A stretch of DNA of 63,738 nucleotides, the filler included, from Octopus bimaculoides (taxonomy: Eukaryota), in assembly GCF_001194135.2 (NCBI RefSeq). It is 7 parts of 6 records of this genome, joined end to end, with 100 filler letters (N's around TTAATTAATTAA, not from the genome) between each part and the next. Parts side by side here need not be neighbours in the genome. Positions count along the whole stretch, not along the records: positions 1 to 14,588 come from NW_026345245.1; 6 more parts are not named here. One strand, given 5' to 3'. A program made the position numbers and the translations under genes. Positions 1-11,885 of the stretch are shown here, piece after piece. The notes beneath the pieces are model-generated. The model was not told the DNA's origin. It did no database searches and worked only from the letters and a program-made list of their open reading frames with translations. Position 1 is the stretch's first letter. The number at the start of each line of letters is the position of its first letter.

Positions 1-34
<34 letters not shown>

Positions 35-75
35 AATACATACATACATACATACATAAACACTGCTTATTTATA

Positions 76-334
76 TACGAGGTGCATTAAAAAGTAACCA
101 ACATTATTTTTTCCCACCACAACTAATGATGCCATGGATAAAATTCAGATCAAGGAGTGGTGCAACTGCTTCAGCTATGGCCATACCTTAGTGGGAATAA
201 GCACATGATTAGTGCATTCCATTTTAAGGGAGGATTTGTGAATGCAGTGAGTGTCAGTGAAATTCGTCCCCAAGGTAATGGTGGGGCAGCAGAAAATACC
301 CTTAAAGTCAAGAACTTTTCAGTACCCCCTTGCA
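76..334. mobile_element. Mariner-derived MITE-like element
   Basis: Left end TACGAGGTGCATTAAAAAGT and reverse complement of right end TGCAAGGGGGTACTGAAAAGT resemble mariner-type TIRs. About 260 bp, non-coding, set in TA-rich flanks. Confidence 0.45.
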
Positions 335-1024
335 TGTATGTATGTATGTATGTATGTATGTATATATATATACATATATATATATTGCCATATTGCCTCT
401 CTTTCACTTTTCTGTTCACTACCTAATCTCTGCCACTTCAGCCTTCTCTTACCTCTTCCTCTCTAACTCACCTGAACAGCTACTCATTTTTTTTTTTTTC
501 CTTTCAATACCCTTTTTCCCCACAACCTCTCTAGATTTTCATCATTCTCATTTCTTTCTGGTGCTCCCCTCTACTCAAATCTGTTTGTATTCAGCTCTAT
601 AACAAGAGTATGGACCACCATTGCTTTACCCTACCCATTACCCTTAGGTCTCATCACTGTCCCTCTCTCTTTCTCATTAATTTCTGACACTCCTCTTTCT
701 CTTTACCCTGACCCATCCAAGTACAAGTCCCAGCATTGGCATTTGTGTTTTTGCTCCACTACCGATCATTCTTCAACAAGAAATCTATTCCTTATCCTAT
801 TCCAATACATAGACTAAAGTCGTCCCTCTCTCCTTCTCTCTCCCCCATTCTCCTTTCAGTCATGAGAGCCTTTAAATTTTGTGAGTGTCAAGGGTATCTC
901 ACAAGTGCTACTTCCATGAATAAAGTACTCATGAATAAAGTGGCTGGTGAATTGAGTAGTGTCAATGTAAAGTTGAGAGAACTCATTAATCTTGTAGGGG
1001 CAAGATAACTATATTGGTTTGGCA

Positions 1025-1160
1025 AAAAATGCACCCAGCACACTCTGTAAAGTGGCTGAATTTAAGAAGAGAATCCAGCCATAAAAGCCAAGACAGACTT
1101 GAACCACCAAAGCGTGATGTGATCTTCCATCTTGTCAGATCCTATCAAAATATATGACCA
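1025..1160 (+). mobile_element. Degenerate RTE-LINE 3' tail fragment
   Basis: GCACCCAGCACACTCTGTAAAGTGG...ATCCAGCC aligns by eye to the RTE tail at 35820-35880. Confidence 0.4.
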
Positions 1161-1634
1161 GCATAAAAGGGAGACGTAAAATGATTACGATGATAATTGT
1201 ATGTGAATATATATATATATATAATTACATACACATATACACATACCTATATATACACATACACAGATGCACACATATGTATACAAATATACTTGTAAGA
1301 ATTCTATTCGACAGAATTACTTATCCACATTTCCAGAGCAGAGTACTTGTTTTCTAGTTCATTACTAATGTGTGTGTGTGTGTCTGTGTGTATACATGTA
1401 TGCATGGGTGTGTTGTGGGGTGATTGAGTGTGAATACACACATACATATACAAGTTTTACTATGTGCACACACCAATAAGGAATGTGACAATGGCTTATA
1501 ATCAACATTCAGACCAGTCTATTGACATTCAGACTTTATGTCTCTTTAATATAACAAATCTCAGGAAAAAGTTTCTCCAAGTAAACAATTTTGACATGGG
1601 AAAGCTCTTTCTCTTTCTTTAGCAATCTTAAATA

Positions 1635-1944
1635 TTAATGTACTGTATTTGTACTGTATTTTCTACTAACTACTTTGTCCTGGTGAGATTTACTTCGCTG
1701 TGTTATGAGGATGAAGCCTATAAGATTAGCCTAAAGGAAAAACTATTGGGTTTTAGGTATGTACATAAATCAGATGCCATGCAATTAATTGTTGTACTTA
1801 CTTTGGCCACACTTTGACATTCATTATATGGTGTTAAGACATTTATGTTTTTGAAAAATTTATCAGTATTATTTATAACATCCATATTTATCAAGGCAAT
1901 GTAAATTAATATTATTGGCCTAAGTAGGTTATTATGGAGTGGTT
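1635..1944 (-). CDS. Candidate two-exon end of an unidentified host gene (1944-1802 and 1730-1635)
   Basis: 47 open codons ending in phase 0 at a GTAAGT donor, a 71-nt intron ending TTTTTCCTTTAG, then 31 codons to TAA. No homology recognised; could be chance in AT-rich DNA. Confidence 0.2.
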
Positions 1945-3508
1945 CTGTTGCTCAAACAAAAATAATTCATCAGTTCTAGTAAAATCCAAACAAATGTTGC
2001 ATCAATATATCTGGTGCCAACTTGACGGATTCTAGAGCAAGACGAACTGTCTTGTGCTTGTTTTCACCACAGGACACTGCAGAAGCATGTGAATTCACAA
2101 GCTATTAGACAACAAACTGCTAAACGACGGAGCCATCTTGAGCATAACCCTATGAACAAGAAAAAAAAATAAAACAAAAAGGCAAAAGAGAGTCACTTAC
2201 TGTTATAGTTTCTTCAATGAGAATATTGACCAAGGTTACCGTGGTCTTTTCCGTAGGCTTTTCCTTCCACGGCTAAACCTAAACTGTCCTCCCCTCTTTT
2301 TACACGAGAACATTACTGTGTGATACACGATCCCTATTGATCGGCCTTTCCTTTTCTTTTTTTTTTTTTTTTTCGATCCCTTTTGNNNNNNNNNNNNNNN
2401 NNNNNNNNNNNNNNNNNNNNNNNNNNNNNNNNNNNNNNNNNNNNNNNNNNNNNNNNNNNNNNNNNNNNNNNNNNNNNNNNNNNNNNNNNNNNNNNNNNNN
2501 NNNNNNNNNNNNNNNNNNNNNNNNNNNNNNNNNNNNNNNNNNNNNNNNNNNNNNNNNNNNNNNNNNNNNNNNNNNNNNNNNNNNNNNNNNNNNNNNNNNN
2601 NNNNNNNNNNNNNNNNNNNNNNNNNNNNNNNNNNNNNNNNNNNNNNNNNNNNNNNNNNNNNNNNNNNNNNNNNNNNNNNNNNNNNNNNNNNNNNNNNNNN
2701 NNNNNNNNNNNNNNNNNNNNNNNNNNNNNNNNNNNNNNNNNNNNNNNNNNNNNNNNNNNNNNNNNNNNNNNNNNNNNNNNNNNNNNNNNNNNNNNNNNNN
2801 NNNNNNNNNNNNNNNNNNNNNNNNNNNNNNNNNNNNNNNNNNNNNNNNNNNNNNNNNNNNNNNNNNNNNNNNNNNNNNNNNNNNNNNNNNNNNNNNNNNN
2901 NNNNNNNNNNNNNNNNNTGCTCTTCCACAGAAAAGAACATAGAAAGAAACAAGGAGAGAAAATAAAGAATGGGTAGTGAGCGATTTATCATGGCAAATGC
3001 TGGACAGAAGGGTCACACAGGAGAGCTAGGAAGAAGGGGAGATAATAAAGTAGTGGTGATCCTAAGACGAAGGTGGAAGTGCGTGTGTATAAGAGAGCAT
3101 GTATATGCATGTATAAGAGAGTTGGTGACCTTGATGTGTGCGTGTATGTATGTGTAGGTGTGTGGATGATGGTGTGGGGCTGGGAAGTGGTCAGTGCTAG
3201 TGTNNNNNNNNNNGGTGTGTGGATGATGGTGTGGGGCTGGGAAGTGGTCAGTGCTAGTGTGTGCGTGGTGGTGTGATGTGATGTGATGTGGTGTTGTGTG
3301 GTATGGTGGTGTAGTGGTGTGTGGTGTGATGTGATGGTGTTAGGAGGTGGGGGAGGCAAGATGATGGGTGCTGGTGAGGAGGGTGGTGTTGGAGAGGCAA
3401 GGGCAAGTGAATCTTTATTAAATTGTGCTCCCAGTTCAGCATTCTGGCTTTTTTTCATTTTCCTATTATTTCTCCACGTGCGGTTAACACAACCCCACTA
3501 TTTACTGA

Positions 3509-3545
<37 letters not shown>

Positions 3546-3799
3546 GTATATATATATACATGTATATGGATAAATTTGTGCATGTATGTATATATGTATG
3601 TATGTCTGTATATATGTGAGAGTATAGTTTCACTGTAGTAGATTCAGTATGAAAATGAAACTATTAAAGTGAAAGTATTTGAGATGAGTGTTTTTGTTTC
3701 ACTTTTGACACGTAATACTTAAATAGGGGAGGAGATATTATGTTGCTGTGGGCTGGAACTATGCAAGAAGTTAAAAATTTTTTTTGACTAAAACATAAC

Positions 3800-3935
3800 T
3801 GGGACCCTAACTAAGTAAGGTATGTGTAAAATTTGAATGAAATTGGTTGTGTAGTTCCCAAGTTTTAGGGATTCACACACACACACACACACACCCACAC
3901 ACACACACACACACACCCACACACACACACACACA
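3800..3935 (+). mobile_element. Possible Helentron/HINE-like terminal fragment with (CA)n
   Basis: TGTAAAATTTGAATGAAATTGGTTGTGTAGTTC...TTTTAGGGATTCAC followed by a CA microsatellite, a layout I recall from HINE/DINE-type ends. Weak. Confidence 0.25.
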
Positions 3936-4081
3936 CAAACATTCTCATTTATATATATATATATATACACATATATATATATATATAGGCAGACACATAT
4001 ATAGACAGAGAGAGTGAGAGAGAGAGATACATATAAACTAATACAGAACAAAGAACTTAATCACCCCATTTTTATGTAAAA

Positions 4082-4425
4082 GTGATTTGGTAGACGGAAA
4101 CTGAAAGAAGCCCGTCGTATATATGTATATATATATATATATATATACATATATATATCGCTTGACAACCGATACTGGTGTGTTTATGTCCCCGTCACTT
4201 AGCAGTTCGGCAAAATAGAACGATAGAATAAGTACTAGGCTTACAAAGAATAAGTCCTGGGNNNNNNNNNNTATGTCCCCGTCACTTAGCAGTTCGGCAA
4301 AATAGAACGATAGAATAAGTACTAGGCTTACAAAGAATAAGTCCTGGGGTCGATTTGCTAGACTAAAGGCAGTGCTCTAGCATGGCTGCAGTCAAATGAC
4401 TGAAACAAGTAAAAGAGTAAAAGAG
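4082..4425 (+). mobile_element. SINE family A, 5'-truncated
   Basis: GATTTGGTAGACGGAAACTGAAAGAAGCCCGTCG...GACTGAAACAAGTAAAAGAG matches the full copy at 22584-23054. Confidence 0.9.
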
Positions 4426-4667
4426 TATATAAGGACAATTCATATAGTAAGCATATACTTGAAAACACAAACAGTATAGACGTGTGTGGACAGTGAGTCT
4501 TTTTATAGATATAAAACAACTTTAGAGAAATCTTTTTTAAGGCAAGCTTTTGAATTTTCCTGCATAGATGAGGATTAAAAGGCACTCTAAAAAATAATCC
4601 CAAGTTCTAAAGAAATATTAAAGAATACAATCTTAAATATGCTGGTAAATTTAGATACAGAACAATC

Positions 4668-4805
4668 ATGGTCATCACCATTTAACATCTACATTCTATG
4701 ATGGCATGGGTTAGAGACTTTTACAAGGATCTATCTGATGGATCCAAGGATAGCATCATGCACCAGTGTCTGCTTGCATGGCTCTTGCAGCTTGATGCCA
4801 ACCAA
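4668..4805 (-). mobile_element. Old RTE 3' tail fragment
   Basis: CATCACCATTTAACATCTACATTCTATGATGGCATGGGTT is a decayed version of CATCATCGTTTAACGTCCGCTTTCCATGCTAGCATGGGTT. Confidence 0.45.
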
Positions 4806-7227
4806 TTTACAATATAAAATTCCACAGACTCAAATGATACATCTCAAATTAAACACACAGTTGTAGAATGGGTGAATATCTTATTAAAATCCCATAAAGC
4901 AGACCCCATGTATTACATCTTAGCACAAAACTAACAGAAAGAATGTATCATAAAAGCACTAGAAAATATGGCTCATCAACGTAAAATCACAAAACTGCAA
5001 GCCAGAAATGAACTTTAAGTAACCAATTTAATTTACAAATTGTCAGTTAAATATAAAAGTTATAAACTTCATGAATGAATCCATTAGATCAGAAACACTA
5101 GTAGGATATTTGTCTCTGGTTAACCCTGCTTTTGTAACAAGGAACCATTGAACCATGTTATAATATAGAATGCAGAAAAGGAAACTATAATAGATAGCAA
5201 TACACTCATAATCCTGTAAGTAAGAATTCTCCCAAAACTAGAAGATTAGTTGTGGAACCTTTAAGAATAGCAAAATATATAAATCAAAAATTAATACACA
5301 AATACAGAACATTGGGAATAAACTGAGAATAGGTACTGCCCACTAAAAATAAACCAGAGTTACCAATTAAAAAATTTCATCTAGTAATTATTATTTTGTT
5401 AGTTACATCATCTAATCCTTACTGCCTACCACAAAAATTAAAAATATAAAATGCCGCTATCATCTGTGTTTTACTAAAAAGATTAAAGCTAAGTCCAGAA
5501 CAGTTAATGGACTTAGAAATGTTATTATTCCAACCTAAACATAAAAGGCTAAAAAGATATATGAAAAATCAATAAAAAAAAAATATTTTTCTTGAAGACT
5601 GTCATGTTTTCAATATAAAATGTTGAAAAGAAAAACTGTTCTATATACAAGTAAATACACATACATACATACATACATACATACATACACGCATACATAA
5701 TTTATTCTGCATGATGCAGATGCTTACGTTCTTATTTTCTTATGTGTTTTATTTACACACACATACACACACACATGCACGTATGCATGCATACATACAT
5801 AAATACATACATACATACATAGACATATACATGCATACATATAACTGGTCTGTCCAAAATGAAAGAGAACTTTCAAAACAGCATGCCATTTAACCAATGC
5901 AGCATACTTACAACTGCTATACTGTGTACAGGTGACCTTGACCTTCAACCTAATAATAGCTACATCAAGCCATTTCAATTAGTCATTGTGTATGTGTGCA
6001 ACTGTACTTTCCCATTGTGATCATCATCTCTTGTCATGGAAGTCCGTTCAGATTTAGCAATTGATGTTTTTCTCTAATTTGAAACAGAATTCCACAAAAA
6101 CATGTTACTCTTCCATAAGCTTTATTGTTCAAATTGTGACAAGTCTCCAATAGATTTACATGTGTAAATGTGATATACCAGGTACTTTTAGCAGAATTCA
6201 CATTGTTGCATGCACTCAGACCAGGTTTCCAACCATAATATAACACAGTCTCTTGACATATCAATTATCACTGCAGGGAGGGTGTACTGTTTATCAGAGA
6301 ATACAGATGGAAAAAGTTTCTCACCCCTTAGATAATGCCTCTGATGGCAGCCCTATTCCAGAAAGCACAGGATTTCAAAAAGGTCCATTTGTGGTCATTG
6401 ATATCTAGCTAGTCTACTGACAAGGGTCACAGTAGTGTTTAGATAGAAAGAATTCATGAGTCAATGCTTCCCCTTTCCCCACTCATAGCTGAACTAAATA
6501 AAGCTACAAAACCTTACATCAACCACATCATAGTTAATTTTGGTCATGTCTCACCAGTCACAGAGAGCCTGAACAGGTCATGGACATAACAAGTTTATCC
6601 TCACCATCAAGAACAAAAAAGAAGTACCCCTAAATTTTTCTTCTCTTTGTTGAAACCAGTAATCCGTTAGAAGAAAAGTGTTGTTGTTGTGTAACCCCAG
6701 ATTATTAACTGAGCAGGTATATGGCACATAGGAAACTAGATATACTCAACAGGTTCATGTACTGCAAACTAGAAAGAGGAATGTATAAGTTCATAATGTC
6801 AAGAACAAGTCTTTCTGCATGATTTTTAAGATAAAAATATAGGAAGATGTTTGCTTTGTGTTTTTGTGAGTGTAATAATTTCTTCAGCCCTAAAATGTTT
6901 TAGTTTTAGGCTTATGATTTCATTGGATTCTTTGACTTTACAGATTTTAGATTTCTCTTTTGTTTTCTAGGTTATGAAAAAGGTTGCTTAAACCATGTTT
7001 TCTGAATGAAAATAGTTTGTCAATCAAAATGAAATATAATGAAATATTGAGAAATGTTATGAGAAAATTATTTATGGCAAATGAGAAAGTGATATTATAA
7101 AGTAATGAAAAGCTAAGCTAAAATTGATCTTGCAAAGCTAGATGTTATAAATGAAAAGTGGTATGCAGTTAGGGTAAGAAGTAACAAGTTTGATTGAACA
7201 GACAAAACTCTAAATAATGCAATCATG

Positions 7228-7276
<49 letters not shown>

Positions 7277-9338
7277 ATATATTAAACATAAGCCATGATG
7301 TATTAGAAATTACTGACCTGCCAATAACTTTGTACAATTATCCAAATGATCTATTTATGTCTAAACAAATACTTTTGAACATTTTAATAAATAGCCTTTA
7401 GTTACTATCATCCATAATTTGAAAGGGAAAATGTGTACAAATGCTTATAAATTCTTAAGTAAAAATAAAACTAGTTGGTGTGACCACCATCCCAAACTAG
7501 TAAAATAGCCTCATGAGCTTAATTTCAAAGCTCTTACATTTATTTATCAATACAGGAAATATTTGGGGTATACCAGAGATAATTAGGAGATGAGACATGA
7601 ACAAAAATGTCACCAGCTGGAGTAGAAGAAAATTATAAAAGAACATGTAGATATGGGGGGGGTGGGAAATATATACGAGTTAAAGGATGGTTAGGTTTGT
7701 AGAATTAACCTTTTGTCTGCCATAGAATAAATAGATGTTAAACTGTGAATAATGATTATCAAGATAATGCAAATGAAAGCCATGATGATCATGACAATGA
7801 TAATTTAATATAAACATTTAATAGAAGCTATTTACTAGTCAAATAAACAATCAGTGCAAGCTCGGTTGTTTGTTAGGCCTGCAAGAATATAATAGCTCTA
7901 GCATAAATAAACATTGAATTTTTATTTCCATTATACTCTCAATTTATTGAAGTAAATAACATTTCTGAGGAAGAAGTGTTTCATATAGTTCAGGTTTGTT
8001 TTCTTTTTAGGAGTGGTGTTGTTGGTGGGGGGTTATTGAGATGGGTTTTAAGTTTGTTTATCGTATATTTTACCCAAATTCAAGACAATCTTGATGATTA
8101 ACTAAATCACATCAATGAGTTTTGATATTTACATCTTTTTTCCATTGTTTTTTTTTTTCTATTGAGTTGTTTTATATAGATTATAATAAAGATATGATAA
8201 CAAGAAGTAATTTCAGAATTTGAATTCATATCAAAAATTAGTTCTGACAAGGACTGAGAGTTAAATAACTTTAAGAAAAAAAAATGTAATAATAAACCCT
8301 GAAGTGAAGTTGCACATAATAACACTTAATGAAGAGTGTTATTTTATCTCACATTAAAACTTGATTGTTAGGATTTTATTTGTTTCTTGTATTATTTGTT
8401 TCTTCTTTTTTTACTTTAATTTGTATTCATTTATCAAACTGTTATGCTTTCTGGCAAATAAAGACATCATTAAATTAGACTTGTTTAAATTGAAATGGTT
8501 TACATTCACACAGTACACACTTACAGACATGCAGATGGTGGTAGGGATGTTTTGATGCTTATACTTTTATCTGATTATTTATTTGATATATCTTTTTATT
8601 TTATGATGATTAAATTCTGTTATACTTAGCTATATGCTAAAACACACTCACACATGCATATACACACATAAAGTTTAATATTAGTTTAAGCTGACATAAC
8701 CAATATTGTTTTCTTCAATAGGTCTCACAAGGAGGTTATGATAACTGCATAAGGAACATCCTTCACCACTCTAACACTGTTGATGATGGATATGAATCAT
8801 TGAAGCTCAGTAAATTCTGGAATATGTCTACAGTTGTTTTCCATAGATTTTAGAAGAATGAAAATATTAGTTACCAACTAATATCAATCTAGGCAAAGCT
8901 AAATATTTCAATATTCCACCTATATTAAACAAGTAAACTATTTTCCTGTAGCACAAAATTTCATCAAGGAAATGACTTCTCTCATTACTTTCTACTTCTG
9001 CTTCAAGACAGACCTAAAGAATGATGTAATGGTTTTGAAGAGAATTAAAATCAAAAAGCAGAACCATCAGAAAGTAGAAATCTACTTAAGTGTAAAAGCA
9101 TGAACAAGGGAGAATCATTAATTTACATAGTTAATTCAACTAACAAGAGGATCCACCCAATATTTTAGCTACTAGTTGTTTGAGATATAAGCCTATGGGA
9201 AAGCATTCCACGAATTTTGGTCAAGAATCATATCATCATTCTTTCTACATCTTAAACTGACTGACTGTCTTTGTGCAGGTAAAATGATTTCTGAAATGCA
9301 GTGCCTAATCTCTGATTGCTCAGAAAGTTCATTCTAAA

Positions 9339-9623
9339 GGGTCAACCAATGCCTTGTGAATGAATCTGATAGACAAAAATTATGTGGGAGCCCATTATGC
9401 GCATGTGTGTGTATGTGTGTCTGTAAGTGTTTGTCCTCACCACCACGACACCACTTGATAAATGTTTTGTTGACATCCCTGTCACTAAGCAGTTTGGCAA
9501 AAGAGACTAATGGAATAAGGACCAGACTTTAAAAAATAGGTGCTGGTGTTGATTTATTCAACTGTATCCTTCAAGGCAGTACCCCACCATAGTCAGAGTC
9601 CAATGACTGAAACAAGTAAAAGA
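9339..9623 (+). mobile_element. SINE family A, diverged
   Basis: GCCTTGTGAATGAATCTGATAGAC...GCAGTTTGGCAAAAGAGAC...AATGACTGAAACAAGTAAAAGA. Confidence 0.75.
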
Positions 9624-9700
9624 TTATCCATTAATGACTTATCTTTATAATTTACATTATTTACATTCGATGGATATTTGTCCTCTTCTTGTTTGTTGTT

Positions 9701-9746
9701 AACACAGCATTTCGGCTGATATACCCGCCAGCCTTCTTCAGGTGTC
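9701..9746 (-). ncRNA. Degenerate minimal type-I hammerhead ribozyme motif (Penelope-like terminal repeat type)
   Basis: Minus strand reads GACAC-CTGAAGA-A-GGCTG(GCGGGTATAT)CAGCC-GAAA-TGCT-GTGTT: stem I, CUGANGA core, 5-bp stem II, GAAA, loopless stem III, stem I. The cleavage triplet reads GCU rather than NUH. Confidence 0.6.
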
Positions 9747-10218
9747 TGAATAATAATATTATTATTTTAACCTAAAACTTCGTTTAAATTGTATTTTAAA
9801 CAAAAGATTCATTAAAATTAGTTTTTGCATATAATATTCTTGTTAGTTTATATTATAATAAACGTAAAGTTAATTATGGAACGTTTATAATTTTGATATT
9901 TTTAATAATATTTTTCTATCTTAATATAATAAGTATTTTATATACATCCATTTATTATTTATTGTTGGTTAATATATACATTCTTTTATTATTATTATTG
10001 TTGTATTTTGACCAGAAGATTAGCTATATTTTTTAATAGAATTGATTTTCGATAGTTTTAATCGATTTAAATATTTTTTTCTATTTGAAAATTTGGTTAT
10101 GAAACATGTGTAGTCGTTTTATTATCAATATCTTATGATATTTACTTTGTATTATATTATACTTATTTATTGTGCTTTTACTTATTAATTTTTCTATATG
10201 TGACAGTGAATTCTCATC

Positions 10219-10358
10219 GATGGGTTCATGAACCTTGGTTCTTTTCCCTAAAACTATATATTTATATTTTATACTGTGAAACTTAATTTAATTTTAATTT
10301 TTAATAAAATGAAATAAATTGAGTTTTTACCTGTAAATTTGGATTTTTATCCCTAATA
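10219..10358. repeat. AT-rich two-module interspersed repeat (modules X and Y)
   Basis: Both modules recur at 63592-63708. Confidence 0.75.
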
Positions 10359-10384
10359 AAAATATTATTATATATATATATATA

Positions 10385-11669
10385 TTGGGCTGTCTGGAAA
10401 GTTCGTGCCGATTTCTAGTAGTTTATCTTTTGACTTATCTTAGAACATGGTTGAGTCCATAAAATAAGATTTGACTACACCGCCATTTAGAGCACAGTTT
10501 AAGCTATCTTTTCGTGGAAGAAGGTTTATGTTCCTATAAACTGTGTTAATTCTGTAACCCTTTAAAATGGAAGATAAGAAAGTTCATTTTCGGCACTTGA
10601 TGCTTTTCTTTTTCCATAAAGGGAAAAATGCCTCACAAGCAACCAAAGAAATATGCGCAGTTTACAGTGATGTTTCTTTATCCGAAAGAACTGTACGGAA
10701 GTGGTCCACAAGGTTTGAAGCTGGAGACTGTAGCCTTATTGATAAAGAGTGACCAGGCATACCATCCACTACAGATGACGACCAAATCAAGTCATTAATT
10801 GAGAATAACCCACATTGCACAACCTGAGAATTGGCAGAAAGCCTCAACCTATCAAAATCTGTCGTTCATGAGCACCTGGTAAAGCTTGGGTACACAAATC
10901 ACTACGATGTTTGGGTACCACATGAGTTGAGTGAGAAGAACCTTTTGGATTGCATTTCCATCTGTGATTTGCTTTATAAACGAAATGAAAAAAGTGCCTT
11001 TTTTAAAGCAAACTGTGACAGGTGATGAGAAATGGATTATCTACCGAAATGTTCAGAGAAAGCGATCCTGGAGTAAGCGACATGAGCCACCCCTTGCCAC
11101 CCCAAAAATGGGTCTTCACCCTAAAAAAGTCTTGTTTTGTGTCTGATGCGATTGGAAAGGAATTCTGTACTATGAGCTTCTCCCAAGTAACCAGACAATT
11201 AATTCTGAGAAATACTGCACACAACTGGACAAGTTAAAAGCAGCAATTCAAGAGAAACGTCCAGAATTGGCCAACAGGAATGGTGTTGTTTTCCAGTATG
11301 ATAATGCAAGACCACATGTTTCTTTGGGAATCAGACAAAAATTGCTGCAGCTCAATTGGGATGTGTTACCCCACTCTCCATATTCACCAGATATTGCTCC
11401 TTCGGATTTCCACTTATTCAGGTCTCTGCAGAATAGTCTCAATGGTAAAAATTTCAATTCCTTGGATGATGTAAAAAGATACCTTGATGAATTCTTTGTT
11501 AGGAAACCACCTCGATCCTGGGAAGAGGGTATTTTCAAGTTAAAGGAAAGATGGAGACGCATTGTGCAACAAAATGGTTCATATTTGGTTGATTAAAAAT
11601 GTAATGGCAAGTATTTATTGACCTTTTTCTTTCCTTTAAAAATTGGCACAAACTTTCCGGTTAACCCAA
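10385..11669 (+). mobile_element. Full-length mariner (DD34D) transposon, 1285 bp
   Basis: 30-bp TIRs TTGGGCTGTCTGGAAAGTTCGTGCCGATTT and TTGGGTTAACCGGAAAGTTTGTGCCAATTT (24/30 match), TA on both flanks, transposase remnant inside. Confidence 0.97.
10567..11596 (+). pseudogene. Mariner transposase pseudogene
   Basis: MEDKKVHFRH start, then WVPHEL, TGDEKW, YDNARPH and YSPDIAPSDFHLF, with 34 residues between the 2nd and 3rd D. TGA stops at 10750, 10825 and 11144, plus a +1 frameshift in the A-run near 10988-10993. Confidence 0.96.
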
Positions 11670-11675
11670 TATATA

Positions 11676-11885
11676 TGTTTGTGGGTCTGTGTTTGTTCCG
11701 CCACCATCACTTGACAACTGATGTTGGTGTGTTTATGTCCCCGTAACTTAATGGTTCAGCAAAAGAGACTGATAGAATAAATACTAGACTTACAAAGAAT
11801 AAGTCCTGGGGTCGATTCGTTTGACTAAAGGCAGTGCTCCAGCATGGTCACAGTCAAATGACTGAAACAGGTAAAAGAGTAAGAG
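11676..11885 (+). mobile_element. SINE family A, 3' half
   Basis: CTTGACAACTGATGTTGGTGTGTTTATGTCCCCGTAAC...GACTGAAACAGGTAAAAGAG. Confidence 0.88.

Noticed and set aside
2236-3016. Long ORFs running through N gaps (also 38675-39274, 45853-46374, 51026-51583, 58005-58889, 60415-61064)
   Set aside because: Their length comes from X residues translated from Ns.
3158-3260. Exact direct repeats flanking short N gaps (also 4183-4345, 22657-22730, 39944-40070, 45194-45222)
   Set aside because: Typical unmerged contig overlaps in a short-read assembly, not tandem duplications.
10567-11596. Domesticated SETMAR-like transposase gene
   Set aside because: The ORF has three stops and a frameshift, the TIRs and TSD are intact, and no fused SET-domain exon is evident.
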